Below, in pieces: positions 26,301 through 39,534 of a DNA stretch of 64,000 bases. The notes under the pieces were generated by a model. It saw only the letters and a list, made by a program, of their open reading frames with translations. It was not told the DNA's origin and ran no database searches. The DNA is taken from positions 169,322,001-169,386,000 of the forward strand of contig OX597815.1 of assembly GCA_951406725.2 (NCBI GenBank), given 5' to 3'. Source of the stretch: Octopus vulgaris. Its lineage: Eukaryota. The number at the start of each line of letters is the position of its first letter. Within the stretch, counting starts at the first letter, position 1. The translations under genes and the position numbers were made by a program.

Positions 26301-27693
26301 TAGTGTGTTTCTAGGTTTGTGGTTGGTTGTACATACAGTGGTTGATATTGTGTATAGTGAGGTCGGCAACATAGACTGTACTTACTATCTCCTGTTTTAC
26401 TGTGTAGGTCATGTATTAGTTTGGTATGAGTGCAGGTAAGGTGTTTAGTAAGCTTTGTGGACTGCTTTTTAGGTTAGTGGAAAAGATTAGTTTCAGTTAA
26501 GTTAGTAATATGTTATGTTATAGGTGCAGGAGTGGCTGTGTGGTAAGTAGCTTGCTAACCAACCACCGGGTTCAGTCCCACTGCGTGGCATCTTGGGCAG
26601 GTGTCTTCTGCTATAGCCCCGGGCCGACCAATGCCTTGTGAGTGGATTTGGTAGACAGAAACTGAAAGAAGCCTGTCGTATATATGTATGTGTGTGTGTC
26701 CCTAGCATTGCTTGACAACCGATGCTGGTGTGTTTACGTCCCCGTCACATAGCGGTTCGGCAAAAGAGACCGATAGAATAAGTCCCGGGGTCGATTTGCT
26801 CGACTAAAGGCGGTGCTCCAGCATGGCCGCAGTCAAATGACTGAAACAAATAAAAGAGAGAGTATAGAATTTATATATTGTTTGAAAATGTATTGTTTTT
26901 TTTTTCACCAGCAAGTACTTGCAGTGTTCAATCATTGCTTTGGTTTTAATATCCATTTCGTGTTGATTTATATGTCAACTGAAGCCAGTTAATATAACAA
27001 ATAAGTTAACTTAAATGAGGTTCAACTGAATTTGGAATGACTAACAAATGTGGTTTGTATTGTGACAGTGATCAGAAGTTCAGTATTCAAGTAACTAATT
27101 AAATTTTTGACTTTAATTGCAGTTGAATTGAATTGAGGCCTTCTACCTTCACTTCTTAGCTAATGTTTTTGAAAAAGGCAAGAACATTGTGTAGTATTTG
27201 CTCTCTTTTATGAAAGAACTTATATAGGAAAAATAATGGAATTTTGGAAATTTTGTATTAACACTTTTGGCATTTAGCTTGCTCTGTCAAATCTAATTCT
27301 CATTTATTCATATTGTTTTGAGTTAATTATGCATTATCTCATACCTTCAAGATTTTGATGTTGTTGTATATTTTTAGAATGACATTATAGGTAAGTGTGA
27401 GAGGCCAGATCTGGCCAGTTTGAACATAAAACTAGTAGAATATTTGGCTTGGACATGGCTGGTTCAGATGTTATAAGGGTTAGTGTACTTTAGAACTGAC
27501 TGAAACAAGGTGTCAGGTCAGTTCTTAGGTTACTGTGTTGGTAATGAAACATATTAAAATTGGATTTGCGATGTGCCTTTATTTTTTTTTACTTAATTAT
27601 AGAAACTAAATTATATCAGTTGAAAAAAAAAATACCTTCAAGAATATAGTTTGTTGTTATTTTAGGTAATTTATTTATTTATTTCTATTGTAG

Positions 27694-27778
27694 AGAATTT
27701 GCTGATCAGAATAACACCATCAAAGCAGCAAGCTTCAAATCTCTGCTCCTCATGGCTGTGAGATCCCTACATGGTGAA
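27694..27778 (+). CDS. RPP14: RPP14 coding exon 2 (EFADQNNTIKAASFKSLLLMAVRSLHGE)
   Basis: Acceptor tttctattgtag, donor GAA|GTATGT; phase fits exon 1; matches human EFQDCGVGLNAAQFKQLLISAVKDLFGE. Confidence 0.92.
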
Positions 27779-27827
27779 GTATGTACCTTGTGAAATTTTT
27801 TTTTTTTTTTTCAATGGGCCATGTGCA

Positions 27828-27862
<35 letters not shown>

Positions 27863-29109
27863 AGACACACATGCTAGTGAACAATTTGTTGATAGGAAAT
27901 GCCAATAAACATCACTGGTTACAGCCCAGCCACAAATGCTTATATATGTGTAGTATGACTGTGTGGTAAAAAGTTTGTTTAACCACATAATTCTGGGTTC
28001 AGTCTCACTGCATGGCATCTTGGGCAAATGTCTTCTGCTATAGCCCCACACCAGCCAAATCCTTGGATGACAGGACCGAGACTCCTGGCAGTTTGCGTGC
28101 ATGGAAAAACACATCGAGATAAGTAAAAGTGTGGTTGTCCTTGTATACAGGCTTGTCCCATGCAACCCTCTCCAGCTGAGTGTTTCTAATCTTGTGGGCT
28201 TATAAGTGGTGGTGCCATGTAAAAAGCACCTGTGCTGGTGCTGTGTAAAAGCACCCATTACACTCTATAAAGTGGTTAGCATTAGGAAAGGTATCCAGCC
28301 ATAGAAATTATGCCAAAACAGACATGGAGCCTGAACAGCCCTGAAGCTGGTCAGCTCCTCTCGGACCATTCAACCTGTATCAGCATGGAAAACACGTTAA
28401 ATGATGATGATGATGGGGTTCCATACAATTCCAAATTCAATCGGAGAGCATCGGTTTGTCCAATGCTATAGAAGATGCATGCTCAAAATACCATGGAATG
28501 AGACAACCTGAGACCATATGACCTAAACTTTATACCTTCACAGCCCTGCCATGTGTGTGTGTACACATCAGGCACACAGGCTCGTAGTAAGAAGTTTTTC
28601 TTACCAACCACATGGTTCTGGGTTCAGTCCCAATACATGACACCTTGGGCTTGTGAGTAGATTTGGTTTGACAAGAACTGAAAAAAGCCCACACATGTAT
28701 CTATGTATGTATGTTACTGTCATCGTGACATAGCATAATAGTAGTAAACAAGTGCCACTGTCATGTAAGTGGTGTCCTTTGTTTCCAATGTCCTGTGAAA
28801 AACACATCTGGTCATGGTGAGCTATTACCTTATATGGAAACAAGTGGGGGTAGGTGATAGGAAGGGCATCCAACCATAAAAACTCTGCCTCACTAAATTC
28901 CATCTGACCCATGCAGGCATGAAAACGTGGATGTTAAAACGATGATGGAAAGTGCAAGCTTATTGATTTTGATTTCATTACCACAATATATGGAAATAGT
29001 GTTCATAAGTACCTATTATGTACTAGTGTGTCTTAATGTGTTGCAAATGATTTATGCTGTTTCCTGTTTTATCTTAATAGTATTATTTGTATTTTCTTAT
29101 TTCAAACAG

Positions 29110-29186
29110 ATTGCAGCTTCTGCAAATATCTTTGTTCGGAAATTTGATGAGCAAAAACTTGAAACTATTCTTATGGTACCACACAC
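29110..29186 (+). CDS. RPP14: RPP14 coding exon 3 (IAASANIFVRKFDEQKLETILMVPH)
   Basis: Acceptor ttcttatttcaaacag, donor AC|GTAAGA (phase 2); matches human VDAALPLDILTYEEKTLSAILRIC. Confidence 0.9.
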
Positions 29187-30156
29187 GTAAGAAAAAAGTT
29201 TTTGTTTTGCTATATTTTAATATATATTATTTTAATAAAGATCCCCTTCGGTCATGAATGACTTAGAAAGTTGCCTCTGAAGTGCAAGTCTGGGCAAAGT
29301 TGTTTATGGAAGACCAGCAGTCGCCCATGCATACCAGTCTCCCCTCTCTATGCCACTGGCATTATCTAAGGGAAAGGCAAAGGCCTATACAGCTTGGCAT
29401 CAGTGACGTTGCAACTCATTTCTACAGATGAGTGAACTGCAGCAGCGTGAGATGGTGTCTTGTTCAAGAACACAATACCTTGCCCAGGCTGGGAATCAAA
29501 CCCACTACCTCATGATTGCGAACCTGATGCTCTAACCACTGAGCCATGCACCTTCACTGTTTTGCTATATTAAGTATATTTGGAGTATTACATAAAAAGT
29601 AATAAATCATACATTATATTAATTATAATTAGTTTCATTTAGTAAATGTTGGGTATGCTTGCACGTCCACATGTGCACACACACATAAATACAAATATAT
29701 CTGATAATTTTGATCCTTTTAAATAGTTACGATTTCAATAGAAATGAAATATGTTCCATCACATTTATGGACCAACCAGGATGCAGAGCCTCAGCCAGCT
29801 ACTTTTATGATTCCCTCTGTGTGTGTGTGTGTATATATATATGTATGTGTGTGTGGAGGTGCAATGCCCCAGTGGTTAGGGCACCGGACTCGCGGTCGTA
29901 GGATCACGTTTTCGATTCCCAGACTGGGCGTTGTAAGTGTTTATTGAGTGAAAATGACTAAAGCTCCACGTGGCTACGGCAGGGGTGGTGGCAATCCCCT
30001 GCTGTACTCTTTTGCCACAACTTTTTCTCACTCTTTCTTCTGTTGGCCTGCTTGCTTAGCCAGTGGGGTGGCATTATTTGAAGGCTAAAACAATGCGAAG
30101 CACATTGTGGCCAGCGATCTGTAGCAACATCTGATAGCCTGGTTGGTCACGGTGAT

Positions 30157-31490
30157 CATCATCATCATCATCATCATTTAGCGTCCGTTTTCCATGCTAG
30201 CATGGGTTGGACGGTTCTGCTGGGGTCTGTGAAGCCAGAAGGCTTCATCAGGCCCAGTCAAATCTGGCAGTGTTTCTACGGCTGGATGCCCTTCCTAACG
30301 CCAACCACTCCGTGAGTGTAGTGGGTGCTTTTTACGTGCCACCCGCACTGGTGCCAGCCAGAGCTGGCAAACGGCCACGAACGGATGGTGTTTTTTATGT
30401 GCCACCGGCACGAGGGCCAGGCGAGGCTGGCAACGAACACGAAACGGGGCGGTGCTGGCAACGGTCGCGAAACGGAAGGTTCTCTTACATGCCACCGGCA
30501 CTGGTAACACATCTGCAATTTCCATTGATCGATTTCGATTCTGATCCTCACTTGCCTCAATGGGTCTTCACAAGCAGAGTTTCGACATGCCACCGGCACT
30601 GGTAGCACATCCGCAATTTCCATTGATCGATTTCGATTCTGATCCTCACTTGCCTCAACACGTCTTCACAAGTAGAGTTTTGTGTCCCAAGAAGGGAAGG
30701 TATGCATACGTAGGCTGGCTCCATCCCATGTAGAAGGCCACGGGTTGTGGACTCACTTGTCCTGCCGGGTCCTCTCGCGCACAGCACACTTCCAGAGGTC
30801 TCGGTCTCTAGTCATTTCCTCGGTGAGACCTAAAGTTCGAAGGTCGTGCTTCACCACCTCGTCCCAGGTTTTCCTGGGTCTGCCTCTTCCACAGGTTCCC
30901 TCAACCGCTAGGGTGTGGCACTTTTTCACACAACTATCTTCATCCATTCTTGCCACATGACCATACCAGCGCAAACGTCTCTCTTGCACACCACAACTGA
31001 TGCTTCTTAGGTCCAGCTTTTCTCTCAAGGTACTCACACTCTGCCGAGTGTAAGTACTGGCATTACACATCCATCGGAGCATACTGGCTTCATTTCTAGC
31101 GAGCTTACGCATATCCTCAGCAGTCACGGCCCATGTTTCACTGCCATGTAGCATGGCTGTTCGTACACACGCATCATACAGTCTGCCTTTCACTCTGTGC
31201 GAGAGGCCTTTTGTCACCAGCAGAGGTAAGAGCTCTCTGAACTTTGCCCAAGCTATTCTTACTCTAGCAGTTACACTTTCAGCACACCCGCCCCCGCTGC
31301 TGACTTGGTCACCTAGGTAACGGAAACTATCAACTATTTCTAGTTTTCTCCCTGGAAAGTGACAGAAGTTGGTCTCAGAGCATTTTCAGTGTTTATTGTT
31401 CCTGAGCATCTGCCACATACAAAAACCATCTTCCTAGTTAGCCTTCCTTTGACATTGCTGCATCTCTTATGTATCCATAGCTTACACTTG
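30157..31490 (-). mobile_element. 5'-truncated young RTE LINE (PHD-in-RT family)
   Basis: (CAT)n tail, 3' UTR and ORF C-terminus nearly identical to 44107-45997; truncated inside the PHD finger; 1-nt deletion near 31345. Confidence 0.92.
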
Positions 31491-31636
31491 ATATATATAT
31501 ATATATGTATACATACTATATAGTTCCAAGTTCAATCCCATTTTGTGTGGCACCTTGGCCAAATGTCTTCTATAGCCTTGAGAGTGGATTTGGTCGATGG
31601 AAACTGAAAGAAGCCCTTTGTGTCTATGTATATATG

Positions 31637-31669
<33 letters not shown>

Positions 31670-31779
31670 CTTTGCATCTGTGTTTGTTCCATCCCCACCG
31701 TTTGGCAACTGATGTGTGTTTACATCCCCATAACATTGTGGAGAGGCAAACAACACTGATGATCATATAGGTTCAACAC

Positions 31780-32060
31780 GGAATATCCCGACAATGGATT
31801 TATTTCCTCTGTTGCATTTTCAACTCAGAATCACAAAAGAGTCGTTTAACAACTGACGTCTACAGGAAAGCTATGTGTTGTAGTATCTATGTACATTGCT
31901 GATTAGTCTGACCAACCATGTCAAGGCTGCATACATTCAGAACCTGATCACCTATATAAATAACAAGATAGGACTGTCAACTCAAAGCACTTTCAAAAAG
32001 TACTATAGGATAATGGATATCCAGTTAACAACTTGGTAACAACACTACTTGCCAAGCTTA
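31780..32060 (+). mobile_element. Degenerate Penelope-like RT C-terminal fragment
   Basis: RLTTDVYRKA...IYVH...HVKAAYIQNLI...DNGYP resembles the PLE thumb motif (T.VYRK.T....Y.H...NGYP). Confidence 0.55.
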
Positions 32061-34247
32061 ACACCTCCAACTGCAGTACTTCTTAAAAGCTGATGCGCTT
32101 TTGACAGTAGCATTATTGCTGCAGTCTGCTTTGATAATCTGTAGAGATGGAGTAGATATAGAAACTGCTCCTTTTGAACTTTCCCTGAGGAACTACCTCG
32201 TAGGTACAGTGCAGTAATAAATGCAGCAGATTTTATATTAGTAATCCCATTCATCATCTGTATTCTTTTGAGTCAGAACGTTTCATCTACCCTCATTCAT
32301 AAAATCTTTTATAGTTGAAATAGTAAAATACACAGGGTCCATATTTAAAAGTTTTGATTTCATTTCTAATGTGAACTGTTGTGGCCTTTCTCAATCACTT
32401 TTAATAGTGCTTCAGGTACATACACCTAATGACTCTGTTTTATGGTTTATACTGTGAGAAACATGAAACTGTTGTCAATCTATCATCTAAATTAGATCTT
32501 TCATCAGAAAGTCATATAATACTTGATTGGTAATTAATAATAAATGAGCCACAGTAGCTTTATTGATCAGTTTGTTTTTTTAAAACACCGTCACTAATAG
32601 CCTATGTGAAGGTACATAACTCTGCTTGCTTCATTATATCAAAAATCATATTCCATTAACAGGTTTCAAATGAATAGTTATCAGTAGTAAGTGTGTCTGG
32701 TTGTAAAGTAACATTGCTTCAATAGTTTGTTGACTCTTGTGTTACTAACATGTACATGCATGTAAAATAGTAATGTACACAGAAAAGTGTGTGTGTGTGT
32801 ATGTATATATGTCGCCTTACTAGCACTTGTGCTGGTGGCACTTGAAAAAAACATTCAAGCGAGGTTGTTGCCAGTGCCGCTGGACTGGCTCCTGTGCAGG
32901 TGGCACATAAAAAGCAACATTTGAGCGTGGCCGTTGCCAGTACCACCTAACTGGCCCTCGTGCTGGTGGAACATAAAAGCACCCACTACACCCTTGGAGT
33001 GGTTGGCATTAGGAAGGGCATCCAGCTGTAGAAACTCTGCCAGATCAGATTGAAGCCTGGTTTGCCAGACCTCAGTCAAATCATCCAACCCATGCTAGCA
33101 TGGAAGGCGGATGTTAAACGATGATGATGATATATATATATATATATAATGTACATATATGTGCACGTTTCAAATTTCATTAGAATCTATGCAAGGGACC
33201 AATATCTTCTTGCAATGGTCTATCTTGGGTTTTTTTTCATTTGTCCATAACCCACATATAAGAATATTGTTTTGTATCCCCCATTTCTCACTGGTAATGC
33301 TGAAATAGACAAAAGTTAAATTGTAACACAAAAGTCTAACTAAAAGCCATCAACTTTCCATGGTTCACAAATATATTAGATTTGAAAAAATTTTAGAAAA
33401 GACTTGAAACCCATGGTGGCTCATCTGCTGCTAACCCCTGATTTATACTTATTGATTAGCTTCAAAATCTATCAGAATAACTATATCCCTAGATTAGTCT
33501 TGCATTATTTAATAATCTCAATTTCATATTGACTTAATTATGACATGAAAATGGTATGTAAGTGAAGTATATATTCCTTTTATTAAGTGATTAGTGTTAG
33601 AAGAATCATTCTGGTGTTAAATTAGATACTTTGTAAGATGGTGAGCTGGCAGAATCGCTACCAGACAAAATTCTTAGTGACATTTTTTCTGACTTTACGT
33701 TCTGAATTCAAATGCTGCCATGGTCGACTTTGCCTTTTATCCTTTTAGGGTTGATAAAATAAGTACCATTTGAGCACTGGATTCGATCTAATTGACTTAA
33801 CCCCTCCATGAAATTGCTGGCCTTGTACCAAAATTTGAAGCCAAATTAGATACTTTTGTAACTTAATCAAATCTTCAAATTTGCACAACCAAGCTATTGC
33901 TGATAAATTAATCATTGAACCTAAAACAATGTTGTTGTTTTTTTTATTTAATAAGCTTACAATAGTTTTAAGAAGCTGTATAAAAGATAAGTATATTGAA
34001 TAATCAATATATCTTTGTATCAATTATATAAAGATTTTTACAAGGAGAATTGTAATGTTTAAAATGTTTAATGTCTGTCTTTGACTTGAGGTTAGATATG
34101 AATCTAACTTCAAGTGTATGATAGTCATTTTAATGCAGTTCATAATAGCCTCTCTAGTACAAGATCACATCTATGCTTTTTAATGTAATTGAGTTTTCAA
34201 ATATAATTTGAAGATGGTTGAATAAATGATAATTTTTTCTGTTTCAG

Positions 34248-34326
34248 GCATCTACTTCATCTCTGGACTAGTATAATTACAGTAACTAATTTATGTGATA
34301 AAGCTTGTACACTCCATGTTCTTCAG
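34248..34326 (+). CDS. RPP14: RPP14 coding exon 4 (HLLHLWTSIITVTNLCDKACTLHVLQ)
   Basis: Acceptor ttttttctgtttcag, donor CAG|GTATTG; matches human GLVKLWSSLTLLGSYKGKKCAFRVIQ. Confidence 0.9.
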
Positions 34327-36593
34327 GTATTGATTTTATTGTCTAATTCCATACCCCCCCACCAAAAAAAAAACTTGTTTCTTATAGATACCTTAAGAAG
34401 TAAATTGTTTTAAAATTGAGAAGAAAATGTATTTGTCATCATCATCATCATCATTGTTTAACGTCCGCTTTCTATGCTAGCATGGGTTGGACGATTTGAC
34501 TGAGGACTGGCGAACCAGATGGCTGCACCAGGCTCCAGTCTGATCTGGCAGAGTTTCTACTGCTGGATGCCCTTCCTAACACCAACCACTGCGAGAGTGT
34601 AGTGGGTGCTTTTATGTGCCACCGGCACGAGGGCCAGTCAGGCGATACTGGCAATAGCCATGTTCAAGTGGTGTTTTTTACGTGCCGCCTGCACAGGAGC
34701 CAGTCCAGCAGCACTGGCAATGACCTCGCACGAATGTTTTTCATGTGCCACCAGCACAAGTGCCAGTAAGGTGACGTTGATAATGATCACGTTTAAATGG
34801 TGCTTTTTGCGTGCCACCGGCACGGAAGCCGGTAAGCTGCTCTAGCAGTGATCACACTTGGATGGTATTTGTCTATATTTATATTAGTGTGGTTCTAGTT
34901 TTTTATTTTTAATGAAATTAAATCTTATGATCTGAAGAACTCATTAAAAGTAATTTTTAAATATGGGGAAAATTAAAATGCCAGTGCCATTATTAGCTGG
35001 ATTTGGATGATTTTGCAAAATCATTAGAGCATCTGATAAAATACCTTTCAGTATTTAGTTATGACCCTTAACACTCAGTGTTCAAATCCTGCCTTTCATC
35101 CTTCTGGGGTTGTTAAGATAAATTTGGTATTTATTTATTTAACTCTTTTTTCACCAAACTTCTGCCTGACCTTGTACCTATTCAAAAAATTGTTCTGTGA
35201 AGTTCTGTCAGGTAGGCTTTTCTGCATTTAAAAGCCGGTTTGTCAAGGACATTGGGAGACAGGTCTACGATTGTTTGGTAATATGTAGTGCATGAATAAA
35301 GCAGTGACTGGCATAATTGTTGGCATGCCTGGCAAAATGCTTGGTAACATTTCGTCCATCTTTACATTCTGTGGTTGACTTTGCTTTTCATTCTTTAGGA
35401 ATTGATGGAAGGGCATCCAACTGTAGAAACACTGCCAGATCAGACTGGGCCTGGCACAGCCTTCTGGCTTCCCAGACCTCAGTCAAATCGTCCAACCCAT
35501 GCTAGCATGGAAAACGGACGTTAAACGATGATGATGATGAAGTACCAGTTGAATACTGGGGTCAATGTAATTGGCTTACATCTTCCTCCTGAATTGCTGG
35601 CCCTGTGCCAAAATTTGAAACCATTATGTTGTGAATGAATGGGAGTGAAGGGGAAAGAAGGTGTTCAATTTGTTGGGTGGCATTTTTTCTTGGTATATTC
35701 AAAGACATGTCTGATTGGCAGCATAAGAAATCTGAAACCAACCAGTGTTGAAGTTGGATTGACACATGATTGAGAAGATTCATGATACAATTACATCTGT
35801 TACATCTCTGGTATTCAGCTTTCATTATCAATGTTGAAATATTTCCTTCATAATAGTATAGATTGAACAGGTCTGTTATACAATATATTGCTATTTAATT
35901 CTGTCTTCTAAGTTACCTTGTTGTTGTTGTCTTCTATAAAAATACTTCACTGACACCACATAGCCTTTCTTCACCCAGAATTCATCCATTTGATCTTGCT
36001 TGCCCACACGAGAATGTCTGGCACCGTGTTGCTTATAATGATGAGGATTCTAGTTGATCCAGTCGGCGGAACAACCTGCTTGTGAACTTAATATGCAAAT
36101 GGCTAAGCACTCCACAAACATGTACCCTTAACATATTTCTCGGGGAAATTCAGTGTGAAACGGAATGTGACGTGGCTGGCCCATTGAATTACAGGTACCA
36201 TATACTTTTGCCATCTGAATGGACTGGAGCAACTTGAAATAAAGTGTCTTGCTCAAGGACATAACATGCTGCTAGGAATTGAACTCATGACCTTATGATT
36301 GTGAACTGAATACCCTAACCATTAAGCTACGTGAACAGTTATCTCTCCTGCACACTTTGGTCAGTTAATTCTCAGTCACTTTCCAAGTTGCCTTGTAACT
36401 TTCCATCCAGTTTAGCTTTACACATCTACTCCTGCACAGAGAGCTCCTATAAGGTCACTGGACTTAATAGAAATAGCTGCAGGTCTCTTTCATTGCACCT
36501 CTCCATCCTAAAAATAAACGAAGTACACATTGGTTAATATAGTTTTACATACACTACAATTGAAATGAAAACAGAATAGTTTCAATAACAATA

Positions 36594-37230
36594 ACTTCTT
36601 CTTCTTCTTACAGCATTCATCCGGGGTGGGTTGAGCTGGCTTCATTCATCCTCAATGCTGCATCTCACAAACGCCGACCAGGCCTGGCGATTTGAGGCTA
36701 ATGACCACATGATCTCCAACCACTCCTTATTCCAGCGGCGAACGCCGTAGATATGGGGGCCTAGGTTGGGTTCCAGATCAGCCTTGACTGTTATCAGCCA
36801 GGTTTTTCGTTGTCCACCACATCGCTTTCGCCAACCCTGAAGGGGAGCCGGGGCAATTGCTTCGTAGATGAATTCTCTTGGTTGACAACGGAGGGCATGA
36901 CCCAGCCAACGCAGACGTCTCGTTAGGATGACTTGTCGGAGGGAGGTGATTCTGCACTGGTGTCGCACCAAATTGTTGGAGACAAAAGTGATGCCATCGG
37001 ACACGAAGGATGCGGCGTAGACTGAGGTGATCGAAGGATTCTAGTTGCTTAATATCTTCCACCTTCATTGGCCATGACTCGCTGCCGTAAAGGAGAATCG
37101 TTTGCACTAGTGCTTGGTAGATCCGTACTTTGGTGGTGTGTCAGATCTCAGATCTTGACCAGAGTCATGCACTGAGTCGGTTGAAGGCTTGGCGAGCGAG
37201 GTCGATTCATGTTTTAAAGCCTGAAATAGC
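36594..37230 (-). mobile_element. 3' fragment of a second RTE-clade LINE with (AAG)n tail
   Basis: KVRIYQALVQTILLYGSESW...RRLRWLGHALR...GGQRKTW, with a frameshift; CTTCTTCTT tail at ~36594-36610. Confidence 0.85.
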
Positions 37231-37345
37231 TACTTCAGTTTGCATCATAGCAATTGTGTAACTACTCTCTTTGAGACAGTTGAATTGAGTGGGTTCAATT
37301 TTATTTTGTGAGATACTCCTATAGAATAATAGTTGCATTCAGTTA

Positions 37346-38159
37346 CAGTCAACTCTCGCTACTATGCCAGTTTTGCGCGGTCCCGGCCAAATAATAAACA
37401 AAAAATTTTTACTATGCCACCCTCAACTCTCGCTACTATGCCACTTGTAAACTGAAGCGCACGCAACTTTTCGAAATTTTGTACTCCTACATTTTGTACA
37501 TTTCGTATTTGTAATCTTGTGGAAAAGTTCAGAAAGTAGCACACAATGTCAGCTCAGAAACGCAAGCGGACTGAGTTTACGCTGAAGGAAAAGAAGGAGA
37601 TTATCGATGCTGCGAAAAACGTTATTGTCGGGCCCCTCGTATCATTAGTAATATCTGATACAAGTTACCGCCCCTTGTATTGTCCGACATGTTTCACTCT
37701 AGAAGAAATAGCAAAGGAGGTAATGCATAACGAAGAGCCGGTGGAAAGTGAAGACGACGAGGTAATTGTGGAAGAGGAATATGTTTTGTTTGCAGATACC
37801 CAGAGAGCATGGAGCACTATCCGAAAGTTTATGCAGCAGCAGAGCAGCGGAAAACCCAGCGTCATGCAGGCGTGTGATAGGCTAGACAACGAAATGAATG
37901 AAATCCGCCGAAAGAAGATGCGTCAGCCGACAATTTTTGAGAGCTTTGGGATTAACTAAAAGCAATCTGAACTTAATAAACTTGGATGTCTTCTTCTTAC
38001 CATTGCATTGAACTTCTTATTGGCCTTACTTCCTACCCTATGAATTTTTATTCGTATGTTCAGTAAATTTTTGGTTATGTAGTGTTTAGATAACAGACCC
38101 TCGGTACTATGCCACTTTGGCTCAGTCCCGCAGGGTGTCATAGTAGCGAGAGTTGACTG
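37346..38159 (+). mobile_element. Internally deleted pogo/Tigger-like DNA transposon
   Basis: TIRs CAGTCAACTCTCGCTACTATG / CATAGTAGCGAGAGTTGACTG, TA TSDs, subterminal TACTATGCCA repeats. ORF 37546-37959 joins a CENP-B-type N-terminus (KRKRTEFTLKEKKEII) to the acidic C-terminus ending RQPTIFESF. Confidence 0.88.
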
Positions 38160-38894
38160 TATCTTTTGACTTCAAAGGATTGAATATACCATATTTTAAA
38201 ATACTAGTGCAGATAGGCGTATGAGTGGCTGTGTGGTAAGTAGCTTGCTTACGAACCACATGGTTCCAGGTTCAGTCCCACTGCGTGGCACCTTAGGCAA
38301 GTGTCTTCTGCTATAGCCTCGGGTCGACCAAAGCCTTGTGAGTGGATTTGGTAGACGGAAACTGAAAGAAGCCCGTCATATATATATGTGTGTGTTGTGT
38401 TTGTCCCCCAAACTTGGCTTGACAACCGATGCTGGTGTGCTTACGTCCCTGTAACTTAGCAGTTCGGCAAAAGAGACTGATAGAATAAGTACTGGGCTTC
38501 CAAAGAATAAGTCCTTGGGTCGATATGCTCGGCTAAAAGCGGTGCTCCAGCATGGCCACAGTCAAATGACTGAAACAAGTAAAAGAGTATGTGGTTGTGT
38601 GGTAAGGAGTTTGCTTCTCGTTCACATAGTTTCAGGTCAACCAAAGCCTTGTTAGTGGATCTGGTAGTTTGAAACGGAAAGAATCTTGTTATACATACTC
38701 TCTTTACTCTTTTACTTGTTTCAGTCATTTGACTGCCGCTATGCTGGAGCACTGCCTTTAGTCGAGCAAATCGACCCCAGGACTTATTCTTTGTAAGCCT
38801 AGTACTTATTCTATCGGTCTATTTTGCCGAACCACTAAGTTACGGGGATGTAAACACACCAGCATCGGTTATCAAGCGATGTTGGTGGGGACAG

Positions 38895-38929
<35 letters not shown>

Positions 38930-39453
38930 CATATATACGACAGGCTTCTTTTAGTTTCCATCTACCAAATCCACTCACAAGGCTTTGGTCAGCCTGAGGC
39001 TATAGTAGAAGACATTTGCCCAAGGTGCCACGCAGTGGGACTGAACCAGGAACCATGTGGTTGGTAAGCAAGCTACTTACCACACAGCCACTCCTATGTG
39101 TGTATCTGTGTTTGTCCCTCCCCACTGCATGACAACTGGTGTTGGTTTGTTTATGTCTCTGTGAGCTAGCAGTTTGGCAAATGAGACCAATGGAATAAGT
39201 ACCAGATTATTAAAAAAAAAGTCCCCATAAATACTGGTTTTGTTTGGTTTGACTAATCTCTTCAAGGTGATGCCCCAGCATGACTGAAACAGGTGAAATA
39301 TATAACTGGTTAGAAATGTGATGTTTTGTAGCAAGTTTATTTTAAAAAGTCAGATTGAATATTTGCCACCATTTATATTTCAGACTTAATGTTTTCTTCC
39401 AAGATTACTTCATCTACCTCTTTAGTAAAATGTTTGAACTTCCTCTTTTCCAG

Positions 39454-39513
39454 GTCTCACAACATTTAATGGCAATTGGAAACTCAAGTCGACAGCTTAG
39501 TTACCCAACATAA
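39454..39513 (+). CDS. RPP14: RPP14 last coding exon (VSQHLMAIGNSSRQLSYPT*)
   Basis: Acceptor cttcctcttttccag; matches human VSPFLLALSGNSRELVLD; the spliced product is 123 aa with consistent phases. Confidence 0.9.
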   Translation, partial: VSQHLMAIGNSSRQLSYPT

Positions 39514-39518
39514 ATAAA
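39513..39518 (+). terminator. Candidate polyadenylation signal AATAAA overlapping the RPP14 stop codon
   Basis: TAAATAAAAA at 39511-39520, followed by GT/T-rich sequence (~39533-39570). Confidence 0.5.
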
Positions 39519-39534
39519 AAATCATATGTAACCT

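Noticed and set aside
31756-31762. CTGATGA as a hammerhead core (also 16575, 19117, 24471, 51222)
   Set aside because: No correctly placed stem II, GAAA, stem III and stem I partner.
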